A stretch of 64,000 nucleotides of DNA. Origin: Candidatus Shapirobacteria bacterium. GTDB lineage: Bacteria; Patescibacteriota; Microgenomatia; UBA12405. Positions 12,093 to 20,902 of the stretch are shown one piece after another. The notes below the pieces were generated by a model. The model did not search any database. It was not told the origin of the DNA and saw only the letters and a program-made list of their open reading frames with translations. The translations under genes and the position numbers were made by a program. The stretch is from positions 128,693 to 192,692 of the forward strand of contig JAQWFB010000002.1 of the NCBI GenBank assembly GCA_028704635.1, written 5' to 3'. Each line of letters starts with the position of its first letter. The stretch's first letter is position 1.

Positions 12093-12728
12093 TTATTTCT
12101 TCATTTTTGCTTTCATTATTTCCACTCCAATCGGCACCACCGACACCCCAATTATCATCAACACCACATATTCAAAATTTTCTTTCATCACTGGAATATT
12201 CCCCAAGAAAAATCCTCCAAAAATAAACAAAGTATTCCACAATAAAGATCCGATCACACTAAAAGTTAAAAATTTCAAATAAGGCATCTTCCCGATTCCC
12301 GCCACAAATGGAGCGAATGTTCTCACTATCGGCACAAACCTCGCTAAAATCACCGCCTTTGTCCCATATTTAGCGTAAAAATCCTGCGTCTTTTCTAAAT
12401 GTTTTCTTTTAAATAATTTATTATTTGATTCAAACAGTTTTTGGCCAACCAATCTTCCCACCCAATAATTAACATTATCTCCTAAAAAAACTGCCGTTAT
12501 CAGTAAAAAATAAAGTCCTACTACATTAAACATTCCTTTAGCCGCCAAAGCTCCAGCCGCAAATAAAAGCGAATCACCCGGTAAAAACGGGGTAAACACC
12601 AATCCTGTCTCCATAAAAAGTATTCCTGCCAAAATTCCGTAACTTAAAGTACCGTATGTTTGGGTAATAATTAAAAGATGTTCATCAATATGTAAAACAA
12701 AATCAATTATGTTCATTAAAAATTCCAT
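12093..12728 (-). CDS. dedA: DedA family membrane protein
   Basis: FMETGL..PFLPGDSLLFAAG, GDNVNYWVGR, ARFVPIVRTFAPFVAG. Confidence 0.93.
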   Translation of the reverse strand: MEFLMNIIDFVLHIDEHLLIITQTYGTLSYGILAGILFMETGLVFTPFLPGDSLLFAAGALAAKGMFNVVGLYFLLITAVFLGDNVNYWVGRLVGQKLFESNNKLFKRKHLEKTQDFYAKYGTKAVILARFVPIVRTFAPFVAGIGKMPYLKFLTFSVIGSLLWNTLFIFGGFFLGNIPVMKENFEYVVLMIIGVSVVPIGVEIMKAKMKK

Positions 12729-12751
12729 GTCCAAATTATACAGTAATTAAA

Positions 12752-12800
12752 GCCTCCTTTTTCAAGGGAGGTGCCCCGCCAGCTGGCGGGGCGGAGGGTT
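12752..12800 (+). repeat. Family A element (intergenic)
   Basis: gcctcctttttcaagggaggtgccccgccagctggcggggcggagggtt. Confidence 0.8.
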
Positions 12801-12804
12801 TTTA

Positions 12805-13950
12805 TCAAAATGATTTCATTATTTCCCATACTCTCTTGTCCTCCCCTTCGTATCCCAATGCCCAAAATCCTACTCCTCCCAACTGATTTTGTTTCACCAA
12901 ATCCAATTTTGCTTTCAAACTTCTCTCATTTTCAAAATATATTTGGTGTATTTCTCCACCTTCTTCAAACACCACCCACGGCGTCATCGATAATTCATCC
13001 CAATTAACCATCAAATTACTTGATGAACCTGATAAACTTTCTGACTTGATTAACTCATTTACTCTATTCCAACTAGCCATTTGATACCAACCTCTAATCA
13101 CTGGAGCTTCAAAATCTTTTGTATAAGTTTTCCATTCATATCCATAAAGCGGATAAACCATCACTATTTTTTCTTTATCAAAATTTAGACTTAAAATTTT
13201 TTCTACCACTTCCATTATATTTCTGTCTCCAACCTCTGATTGCATCGGTGCCACTGCTCCAGCATAATCCACCCCTGGTCGATGAAAATCATAAGCCATG
13301 ATAATTAAATTATCAACTGAATTAATTAGACTATTAATTTGCTCCGCCGATCCCTTATTAATAGTATTTACAAAAACATCTAAACTAATTTCTCCCAAAC
13401 CACTTTCTTTTAATTTAGCCATAAAACCAATCATTTTTTCCGATAAAACTGCCGTTGGATTTCCCTGATATTCAAAATCCACATTAATCCCATCAAACTT
13501 TTCCGTTTGCCGAAGAGTTTTTAATTGATTAATCAAATTATTTTGGGCTTCAATCGAAGCCATTAAACTATCAATTTTTTCATCAGTAAATAATTTAATT
13601 CCCAAAATATTTTTCCCGCCATTTTTCCAAATCAAATCTTTTTGCTTTAAATAAGTTTCATTATTTATTTTTTTCGATTGACCATCCCAAATCAAATTTC
13701 CTTTTTCATCCACTTCCACTCCCAAAAAAATCAGATAATCAACTTCATTAGTATATTCAATTGTTTTCCCAATCATCCAAGTTGGCAAAAAACCAAATAC
13801 TTTAATAGAAGCTCCCCTGTCAAGGGGAGATGCCCACAGGGCAGAGGGGTTTGTTCCTTTTGGATTTAAAATTTCTATATTTCCATTCCAATAAAAATAT
13901 CCCGCTAATATTATCAAAAATAATCCCAAACCCAAAAAAACCTTTTTCAT
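12805..13950 (-). CDS. Secreted/membrane-anchored glycoside hydrolase family 18
   Basis: FDGINVDFEY catalytic DxxDxE motif, MAYDFH, GVGFWALG, N-terminal TM. Confidence 0.88.
   Translation of the reverse strand: MKKVFLGLGLFLIILAGYFYWNGNIEILNPKGTNPSALWASPLDRGASIKVFGFLPTWMIGKTIEYTNEVDYLIFLGVEVDEKGNLIWDGQSKKINNETYLKQKDLIWKNGGKNILGIKLFTDEKIDSLMASIEAQNNLINQLKTLRQTEKFDGINVDFEYQGNPTAVLSEKMIGFMAKLKESGLGEISLDVFVNTINKGSAEQINSLINSVDNLIIMAYDFHRPGVDYAGAVAPMQSEVGDRNIMEVVEKILSLNFDKEKIVMVYPLYGYEWKTYTKDFEAPVIRGWYQMASWNRVNELIKSESLSGSSSNLMVNWDELSMTPWVVFEEGGEIHQIYFENERSLKAKLDLVKQNQLGGVGFWALGYEGEDKRVWEIMKSF
13811..13850 (+). repeat. Family A element in-frame in the GH18 gene
   Basis: ctcccctgtcaaggggagatgcccacagggcagagggg, encodes NPSALWASPLDRGA. 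Confidence 0.8.
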
Positions 13951-14046
13951 GCCCCTTATTCTACCAAAACCAAAAAATCTTTATAAAGTGCCCTGTCAAG
14001 GGAAAGGTGGTACGAAGTACCAAAGGGTTTAAACTTAACATTCAAG

Positions 14047-14120
14047 TGGGTGATGGAGGACTCGAACCTCCGACCCCCGTCTTATCAGGACGGTGCTCTA
14101 ACCAACTGAGCTAATCACCC
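14047..14120 (-). tRNA. tRNA-Ile(GAT), CCA not encoded
   Basis: GGGTGATTAGCTCAGTTGG...CCGTC-CTGATAA-GACGG...GTTCGAGTCC...ATCACCCA. Confidence 0.95.
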
Positions 14121-14169
14121 GTAAAAGTAAACCTATTGTAGCAATAAGTTTACTAAATTTAAATAGTCT

Positions 14170-15075
14170 TTATTGTCTTTTCAAAAACATCTCCACTACT
14201 GATTTTGCTACATTAATTCCAGTTGATTTTTCAAATCCTTGAAATTGACATTGTCGATTCACTTCCAAAACATAAGCATTCCCTTCACCATCTTTTATAA
14301 TATCTACTCCACAATAATCCAATCCACAAACTTTGGCCACTTTTTCTGCAATTTCTCTTTCTTTATCCGACAAATCCCAAGACTCCACATTTCCCCCTAA
14401 GCTAAAATTACTTCTAAATTCATCTCCTACTGCTGATCTTTTCATTGCTCCAATTGCCTTTCCATCTAAAACAATAATTCTCAAATCCCATCTAGTTGGT
14501 AAACATTTTTGCCATAAAAACATTCCCACATTTTTTTCATTAATTCTTCTCACAAATCTTCTTAATTCTTTAAAGTTTTCAAATTTTCTTACCGATTTAC
14601 CTTGAAACCCTCTTTCATGTTTGGCAATTATCGGCCATTCAAATTCTCTCCAAAACTTACTCTCTAGCACTTGTTCTTTAGTATAAAAAATTCTAGTTGG
14701 AATCACTGGCACCTCATTTTCTAAAAACACTCCATGTTGAGCAATTTTTCCCATTCTTGTCCAGTTCAAATATCCCTTTTTATTAGCACAAAATATTTCA
14801 CCACCTAAAATTCTCAAAGCTAAATTCCTCGCTTCAGTATATTTTCCCGTTCTCGTCCCAGCCACTCTAAACCACATTCCTAAAGTATTTTCCCCATTAA
14901 TTTCTTCTCCTTTAATAAAAACTTTCGCTTTTCCATTTTCCACATTAAAAGTTAAATCTTTGTAAAGAGATCTATTAACTTCTATCCCTAATTTCTTGGC
15001 TTCCGTTTCTAATCTATCAACTTCAAATTGGCTTTGTCTTAAAGACATTGTAAATGTGACTATTTTTTTATTCAT
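14170..15075 (-). CDS. RimK-family ATP-grasp ligase
   Basis: WPIIAK..G.QG, DLRIIVL, FRSNFSLGG, GVDII...VLEVN..PQF-like motifs. Confidence 0.88.
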   Translation of the reverse strand: MNKKIVTFTMSLRQSQFEVDRLETEAKKLGIEVNRSLYKDLTFNVENGKAKVFIKGEEINGENTLGMWFRVAGTRTGKYTEARNLALRILGGEIFCANKKGYLNWTRMGKIAQHGVFLENEVPVIPTRIFYTKEQVLESKFWREFEWPIIAKHERGFQGKSVRKFENFKELRRFVRRINEKNVGMFLWQKCLPTRWDLRIIVLDGKAIGAMKRSAVGDEFRSNFSLGGNVESWDLSDKEREIAEKVAKVCGLDYCGVDIIKDGEGNAYVLEVNRQCQFQGFEKSTGINVAKSVVEMFLKRQ

Positions 15076-15117
15076 AATTATTTATTAATTTATAAGTCCC
15101 TCTTGTCAAAGAGGGAT

Positions 15118-16095
15118 TTAGGGAGATTGAGCAAGTGATACTAAAAATTTAACCATTTCCGCTGGCACATCAATCCCAGTTGCCTGCATAAATCCTTTAA
15201 ATTGCGGTCCTTTGTTCACTTCCCAAATCACCGGTGCCTTTAAATCATTATCCCTAAATGCCACATCCACCCCCGCCACCGCCAATCCACAAACCTTAGC
15301 CGCTTTGACTGCCAATTGTTTAATTTCTTCAGGTAATTCAGCCAACTCAACCTTTCCTCCGGCTGAATAATTATTTTTAAATTCATCTTTATTTTGACTA
15401 CTTCTTTTCATCACCCCCAACACTTTCTCCCCCAACACCAACACTCGATAATCCCCATCATTAGGAATAAACTCTTGCAACATATATCTTCTTCCTTCAT
15501 CAGTTTCACTTTTTCTCAAATCTCTTACCAATTTTTCCATTTGTTCTAAATTATCTGCCTTGTAAACTCTAGTTCCTCTATCCCCACCACTACCTTTAAT
15601 AATTACAGGCCAATCGTAAGGGCGGACCGATGTGTCCGCCTTCATTTGCTCATATAAATACCACAAACTTCCGTAAACTGTTTTTGGTACTTCTATTCCT
15701 GCCTTTTCCAAAGCCAACATTTGCCAAGCCTTACAAGCCATACTTGGTTTTCCATTTTCTACCAACGGATCAACGATGTACGGGCGACTCTTGTGGTCGC
15801 CCTTATTTATCTGATTAATAATCAAATCAACTTCTTCCCAATGTTTACCAGTGGTTCTAAAAAACAACACATCATAATCATCAATCTTTTTGTAATTATC
15901 AAATTGTTGAATTTTATTTTCTCCACTCAAATTTGGTCTAATTAAAATTTCTCTTTTTTCAGTATTAAAACAAACCCGATTATAAGACACCAAATCCAAA
16001 CTAACCCCCAATTTCCTAGCCGCCTTTTTAACCAACACTAAATGTTGGCTTATCTTTCCTCCAAAAAACACTGCTATTTTAGTTTGTTTATTCAT
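15118..16095 (-). CDS. RimK-family ATP-grasp ligase (second paralog, with two in-frame REP insertions)
   Basis: WPVIIKGSGGDRG, QEFIP..DYRVLV, NNYSAGG, GVDV...WEVNKGPQF. Confidence 0.88.
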   Translation of the reverse strand: MNKQTKIAVFFGGKISQHLVLVKKAARKLGVSLDLVSYNRVCFNTEKREILIRPNLSGENKIQQFDNYKKIDDYDVLFFRTTGKHWEEVDLIINQINKGDHKSRPYIVDPLVENGKPSMACKAWQMLALEKAGIEVPKTVYGSLWYLYEQMKADTSVRPYDWPVIIKGSGGDRGTRVYKADNLEQMEKLVRDLRKSETDEGRRYMLQEFIPNDGDYRVLVLGEKVLGVMKRSSQNKDEFKNNYSAGGKVELAELPEEIKQLAVKAAKVCGLAVAGVDVAFRDNDLKAPVIWEVNKGPQFKGFMQATGIDVPAEMVKFLVSLAQSP

Positions 16096-16125
16096 TTTTT
16101 AATTTTAATAATTAATTTTTAAGAC

Positions 16126-16178
16126 TTCTCCCTTTGTTAAGGGGAGATGTCTCTCGCTACGCGAGAGACAGAGAGGTT
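16126..16178 (+). repeat. Family A element (intergenic)
   Basis: tctccctttgttaaggggagatgtctctcgctacgcgagagacagagagg. Confidence 0.8.
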
Positions 16179-16180
16179 TT

Positions 16181-17545
16181 TTATTTCTTAGCACTAACTA
16201 AAAAATTACCTAAATCTTTTCTTCCTAATAAAAACTTTGTTCTTAATTTGCCTCTATCTGCCACATTCACTGCCGTTATTACTTTCTTCCCATTCAACCA
16301 AAAAGTAATTCCAATTACTGGTCGATCCACATGTTTTCCTAAACTTGATCGATAATTTCGATAATATAAAATTCTTTCTTTAGCTAATAACCCCAACCTT
16401 TGGGCCAAATCTCTATCTATCGAACTCCTAAACGCCCCAGTATCCACCTTAGCTCTCACATTTACCACCCGATGTTTTCCTTGTTTAACAATTGGACTTT
16501 TTTGTAAAACTGGTTTAAATCCTTTTGGAATTTTAACCTTAATTATTTCAATCGGCTCCACCATTTGTCTCTTTTCTTTTTCCTCTACCTTTTCAAAAAA
16601 ACTTTCTCCAAATAAATATTTAGCCAAAGTAATTGCATGATCCACACTTCTTACTGTAATTTCATCCACTTTCTCCATTCTTAATTTCAAGCCTGCCTTA
16701 TTACAAATCTGAATCGATAATCCCGGTCGAGCATTCACTTCCAACACCATCGGTCCTTTCTCTTTATCTAAAACCACATCCACCCCCATAAATCCTAAAG
16801 ACGGAATTGCTTTTTGACAATTAATTGCTGTCTCTAACACTTCTTTCCAAAATGGAATTTTAATTCCATTTACTTTTCTATTTTTCTTTTTTCCATAATC
16901 ATAAATTCGATAAATTGGTTCTCCTTTTCCTTCGACTCCAAAAGTAGTAATTCCTGTCGCCAAATCTACCCCTAAACCTATTGCTCCTTGCTGTAAATTT
17001 GCCTTACCTCCAGACTTTTCTGTTGGAATTCTAAACATCGCCATCACTGGTACATTATTATAAACAATCACTCTAATATCTGGTGTTCCCGCCTTAGTTA
17101 AAGACAAAAACAAGGGATGAATTTTAATTCTCTCTTCCACTATCACCTTATCTGGCATCGCATGTAAACTATATTTCCCTGCCACAATTTCTTGACAGTG
17201 TAAGTTTAAATCATTACTACTAATAATTTCTCCATTCATTTTTTGCCATTCACCTGCCCATTTCCCTCTTTTTCGAATAATCAAAATTCCTTCTCCGCCA
17301 TATCCCGATTCCGGCTTAATCACAAAATTTCCCTCCAAATCCTCCCATCTAAATTTTGCCAAATCCTGTTCATTTTTAAATCTAGCAATCAATTTTGGCA
17401 CCGACACTCCAGCCTTAGAAATTATTTTTTTAGTCTTAAATTTACTATCAGCAATTGCTCTTCCGCTAGCACTATTTTTCCTCAAATAAATTTTATTCCT
17501 CTCATTTTTAGTCAAAAATTGTCGATATTTTCTTAAATTAAACAT
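16181..17545 (-). CDS. Alpha-L-glutamate ligase-like ATP-grasp fused to a C-terminal RimK-associated aspartic (RimB-like) protease
   Basis: FVIKP..G.GGEGI, PDIRVIV, ANLQQGAIGLGVD, LEVNARPGLSIQ. C-terminal AKVDTGAFRSSID and LLGRKDL retropepsin-like motifs. Confidence 0.85.
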   Translation of the reverse strand: MFNLRKYRQFLTKNERNKIYLRKNSASGRAIADSKFKTKKIISKAGVSVPKLIARFKNEQDLAKFRWEDLEGNFVIKPESGYGGEGILIIRKRGKWAGEWQKMNGEIISSNDLNLHCQEIVAGKYSLHAMPDKVIVEERIKIHPLFLSLTKAGTPDIRVIVYNNVPVMAMFRIPTEKSGGKANLQQGAIGLGVDLATGITTFGVEGKGEPIYRIYDYGKKKNRKVNGIKIPFWKEVLETAINCQKAIPSLGFMGVDVVLDKEKGPMVLEVNARPGLSIQICNKAGLKLRMEKVDEITVRSVDHAITLAKYLFGESFFEKVEEKEKRQMVEPIEIIKVKIPKGFKPVLQKSPIVKQGKHRVVNVRAKVDTGAFRSSIDRDLAQRLGLLAKERILYYRNYRSSLGKHVDRPVIGITFWLNGKKVITAVNVADRGKLRTKFLLGRKDLGNFLVSAKK

Positions 17546-17596
17546 ATTAGTTTTACATTAATTAAGGCCTCCCTTCTTCAAGGGAGGCTCCCGGAT

Positions 17597-18469
17597 TTAT
17601 CGGGTGGTGGGTTTAGAACGTATCGCCCCTTTAAATCTCGTAATTTCCGTCAATCTAATTCCTGAATAATTACCAATCATCAAATTTGACACCAATACTA
17701 CTAGTATTATCATTTCTGGATATCTCAAAACCAAATTTTGAATTGAACCAAGACTCATAACCATCGCCCCCGCCAAAGCCAAAACTATGGTTCCCGCCAT
17801 TAATTTTTTGGCTTCTTTTTTACTTTTAACCAATTGCGTTCTTACAAATTCCTCTGCCAAAAGTATCATAAATAAAATTGGAAAAATTGAAATCTCGCTA
17901 ATATCAATTATATTTACAAAACTGGTCAATAACATCAATGCAAATACAGCCACAGAAATAAACATTAAATTAATTGCCCTCGCTGGCCAAAAATGAATCT
18001 TAAATTTTTTCAAAATCATATTACCTAAAAGAGAAATTGCCAAAATCAAAGCAAATAACAACAGTCCTCCAAAAAATCCTGTTGATAAAAAAGCCACTGC
18101 AATCATCGTTGGCATAAAAATGCCATAACCTGACAAACCTACCACATAATGTAAAAATGATACTAAAGTTGCTATCAATGGTAATAATAACAACAAAACT
18201 ATTGTGTTGGTTGATACACCTCTATCAATTGCTGTCTTTATCATCCATCTAAAACTATTAAACCCATTCCACTTACCCACTTCATAACTAATTTTATTAC
18301 TTTTTGCTTCAGTGATATTAATCGTCGGCACTGCCGTCGGTATTAACGTTGCTGTTGGAGTTGCTGTTGTCGTCGGGGTAATTATTGTTGTCTTTGCCAA
18401 AATTGGCTCAACATTTAAAAGAAAACTAAAACCAAAAACTATAAATAGTAGGGCAGCTATTTTTTTCAT
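17597..18469 (-). CDS. 7TM protein of the inactive-transglutaminase-associated family
   Basis: LLLLPLIATLV...VGL..YGIFMPTMIA.AF, IFPILFM...E, YSGIRLTE..RF motifs. Adjacent to the ATP-grasp gene. Confidence 0.8.
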   Translation of the reverse strand: MKKIAALLFIVFGFSFLLNVEPILAKTTIITPTTTATPTATLIPTAVPTINITEAKSNKISYEVGKWNGFNSFRWMIKTAIDRGVSTNTIVLLLLLPLIATLVSFLHYVVGLSGYGIFMPTMIAVAFLSTGFFGGLLLFALILAISLLGNMILKKFKIHFWPARAINLMFISVAVFALMLLTSFVNIIDISEISIFPILFMILLAEEFVRTQLVKSKKEAKKLMAGTIVLALAGAMVMSLGSIQNLVLRYPEMIILVVLVSNLMIGNYSGIRLTEITRFKGAIRSKPTTR

Positions 18470-18658
18470 TAATTAATTTTACTTTATAATTTAATAAACT
18501 TTTTAACTTGATGATCTAATTTGTGGCGTATTATAACACCCTTTTTTCAAAAAAAACCATTAGTTTTATTGTAGGGTCCAGGCATGCCTGGACCCTAATT
18601 ATTTAAAATATATTTTTCCCACAAAAATAATCATTTTTATAGTATAATTCAAACAAAT

Positions 18659-18991
18659 ATGAACTCCGTTTTAGCTTTTAATCTCAAAGATATCCAACTC
18701 GGACAAAACTCTAGTACCCTTGGTGGCAGTTATGCCACCACCAGTTCTCTTATTTCCATCATTCTCAAAACTTCTATTACTGTCGCCAGTATTATTTTTC
18801 TTGGTCTTTTGATTTTTGGTGGTATTACCTTTATAATGAACGCAGGTAGTGGTGATCCTAAAAAAGCTGGCCAAGGCCAAGCCGCCATCACCAATGCTTT
18901 AATTGGATTTGCTATTGTGCTTTTAGCCTATACCATCATCCAAATTATTGAAGTTATTACTGGATTAAACATTTTAAATCCAAATTTATAA
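18659..18991 (+). CDS. VirB2/TrbC-like T4SS pilin 1
   Basis: Two TM helices around G..F...SGDPKK...AITNALIG. Confidence 0.8.
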   Translation: MNSVLAFNLKDIQLGQNSSTLGGSYATTSSLISIILKTSITVASIIFLGLLIFGGITFIMNAGSGDPKKAGQGQAAITNALIGFAIVLLAYTIIQIIEVITGLNILNPNL

Positions 18992-18997
18992 TTAATT

Positions 18998-19300
18998 ATG
19001 GCAACCTTTGGAAACATTTCCAACCCCACTTCTTTTGTTAGTGGCCCTCAAGGCTTCTTCGATTTTTTAAGCGCCATTTTTAAAGTTGCTGGCACCGTCG
19101 CTGGTATTTTTTTCATCGTCAAAATTATTCTCGCTGGATTCAAATATCTCAATGCTGGTGGTGACGAAAAGAAAACTGCCCAAGCTTGGGCCACTATCTG
19201 GCAAAGTATGATCGGTTTTGCCATCGTCGCTTCCGCTTTCGTCCTTGCTGGTGTTATTGGTAATTTATTTGGCATTAATATTCTCAATCCCACTCTATGA
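18998..19300 (+). CDS. VirB2/TrbC-like T4SS pilin 2
   Basis: AGFKYLNAGGDEKK..A...I.Q..IG motif. Confidence 0.8.
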   Translation: MATFGNISNPTSFVSGPQGFFDFLSAIFKVAGTVAGIFFIVKIILAGFKYLNAGGDEKKTAQAWATIWQSMIGFAIVASAFVLAGVIGNLFGINILNPTL

Positions 19301-19647
19301 ACCATCTAACTAATCAATTATTAGCGTATACTCTCACCGGTCCTGGAATTGCTGTTACTTCCGGTGCCGATTCCATTTCTACTCTCGAAAAAATTATTAG
19401 TTCTATTATTGGTATCTTAACCATAGTTGGCGTCATCTATTTCACCATCCAAATAATTTTAGCCGGTTTTTCCTTAATCGCTTCCCAGGGTGATCCAAAA
19501 GAATTTCAATCTAGTAAAAAAAGATTAACCACTAATGTTATTGGATTAGTCATTATTATCATTGCCTACGGGCTTGGTGCCCTAATTGCCAGCTTGCTTG
19601 GCATGAATAGTATTTTCGATTTATCAACCGTTTTTCAACCAATATAA
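19297..19647 (+). CDS. VirB2/TrbC-like T4SS pilin 3
   Basis: AGF..IASQGDPK...K..LT..VIGL, ATGA overlap with the previous gene. Confidence 0.8.
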   Translation: MNHLTNQLLAYTLTGPGIAVTSGADSISTLEKIISSIIGILTIVGVIYFTIQIILAGFSLIASQGDPKEFQSSKKRLTTNVIGLVIIIIAYGLGALIASLLGMNSIFDLSTVFQPI

Positions 19648-19648
19648 T

Positions 19649-19975
19649 ATGGCTATCACCAATCCTGTCTTAAAAAATAGTTCTAATATCAGCAGTAACC
19701 CCATTGCTTACACTAATAGTGTCATTCAAACCATTATTTCCATCTTTTTTATTTTTGGTCTTATTTATTTCATTTACCACATCGTCCTTTCTGGTTACAA
19801 AATGATTTCTTCCCAAGGAGATCCAAAAAAATACGAAGAAGCTCAACACAGTCTTACTTATGCCGTCATTGGTATCGCTATTGTCTTTTCCATTTTTGCC
19901 TTACTTAAAGTTATTGGTAGTATTTTTGGCATCATCGGCCTAGAAACTTTAACCATTAGTTGGCCATCCCTTTAA
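19649..19975 (+). CDS. VirB2/TrbC-like T4SS pilin 4
   Basis: GYKMISSQGDPKK...A...LTYAVIG. Confidence 0.8.
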   Translation: MAITNPVLKNSSNISSNPIAYTNSVIQTIISIFFIFGLIYFIYHIVLSGYKMISSQGDPKKYEEAQHSLTYAVIGIAIVFSIFALLKVIGSIFGIIGLETLTISWPSL

Positions 19976-20025
19976 TATTTCAAATTTACTGGTAAAATTA
20001 ATTAATAGTTATTAAATCAAAAAAA

Positions 20026-20406
20026 ATGATCAAAGAAATCAAAAACAAAATTCAATTTGCCGCCATTGCTGCTCCAGTCTACGCTGCTCAAAGTTTAGAA
20101 CTTACTGGTAAAAGTGATAGTTTCACCAATCTCGAAAATTTAACTGTTAATGGTATGGTTTCTGGTGCTATTAGTTTGGTTTTAATTGTGGTTTCATTAG
20201 TTTTCTTCTTTATTCTTGTCATTGGTGGTCTTAAATGGATCACTTCTGGTGGCGACGAAAAGAAAGTTGCTGCCGCTCGTGCTCAAATCACCAATGCCTT
20301 AATTGGCTTAGTTATCGTTTTCGCTGCTTGGGCCATTATGAAACTAATTGGTTCACTCTTCGGTATTGATATTCTTGGAACTTTAACTTTTCCTACTTTC
20401 CAATAA
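20026..20406 (+). CDS. VirB2/TrbC-like T4SS pilin 5
   Basis: GGLKWITSGGDEKKVAAARAQITNALIGL. Confidence 0.82.
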   Translation: MIKEIKNKIQFAAIAAPVYAAQSLELTGKSDSFTNLENLTVNGMVSGAISLVLIVVSLVFFFILVIGGLKWITSGGDEKKVAAARAQITNALIGLVIVFAAWAIMKLIGSLFGIDILGTLTFPTFQ

Positions 20407-20551
20407 AATCAAATTAATTTTTGTTGTAGGGGCAGACCATTGTGTCTGCCCCTTTTCGTTTAAATAGGTCTAAATTTGAACCTTAAGGCCAAATTTTGCC
20501 TATTTACACGACCCCGATTTATCGGGGTATATTTTATAGTATAATTAACCT

Positions 20552-20902
20552 ATGAATTTAATCTCAAAAATATTTTCTCCCACCCCTATCTGCGCTGCTG
20601 ATTGGAGTAGTACTTGTGTTAAAGATACTGATGTTGCCACCATTCAAGGTTTCAATTGTCTTTTTGCCAATATTGCCCAAGTTATCATCTATTTTGCTGG
20701 TATTGTCTTTTTTATTATGTTTATTCGTGGCGGCTTCAGTTATTTAACTTCTGGTGGTGACCCAAAAAAAACTGCTAAAGCCAATTCCACTCTTACTCTG
20801 GCTGTTATTGGTTTAGTCGGAGTCATTATTTCCTTTTTAATCATCACCTTCATCGGCGACTTTACCGGTGTCAATGTTACTGAATTCAATATCCCTAATT
20901 AA
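20552..20902 (+). CDS. VirB2/TrbC-like T4SS pilin 6
   Basis: GGFSYLTSGGDPKK..KA..TLT.AVIGL. Confidence 0.8.
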   Translation: MNLISKIFSPTPICAADWSSTCVKDTDVATIQGFNCLFANIAQVIIYFAGIVFFIMFIRGGFSYLTSGGDPKKTAKANSTLTLAVIGLVGVIISFLIITFIGDFTGVNVTEFNIPN

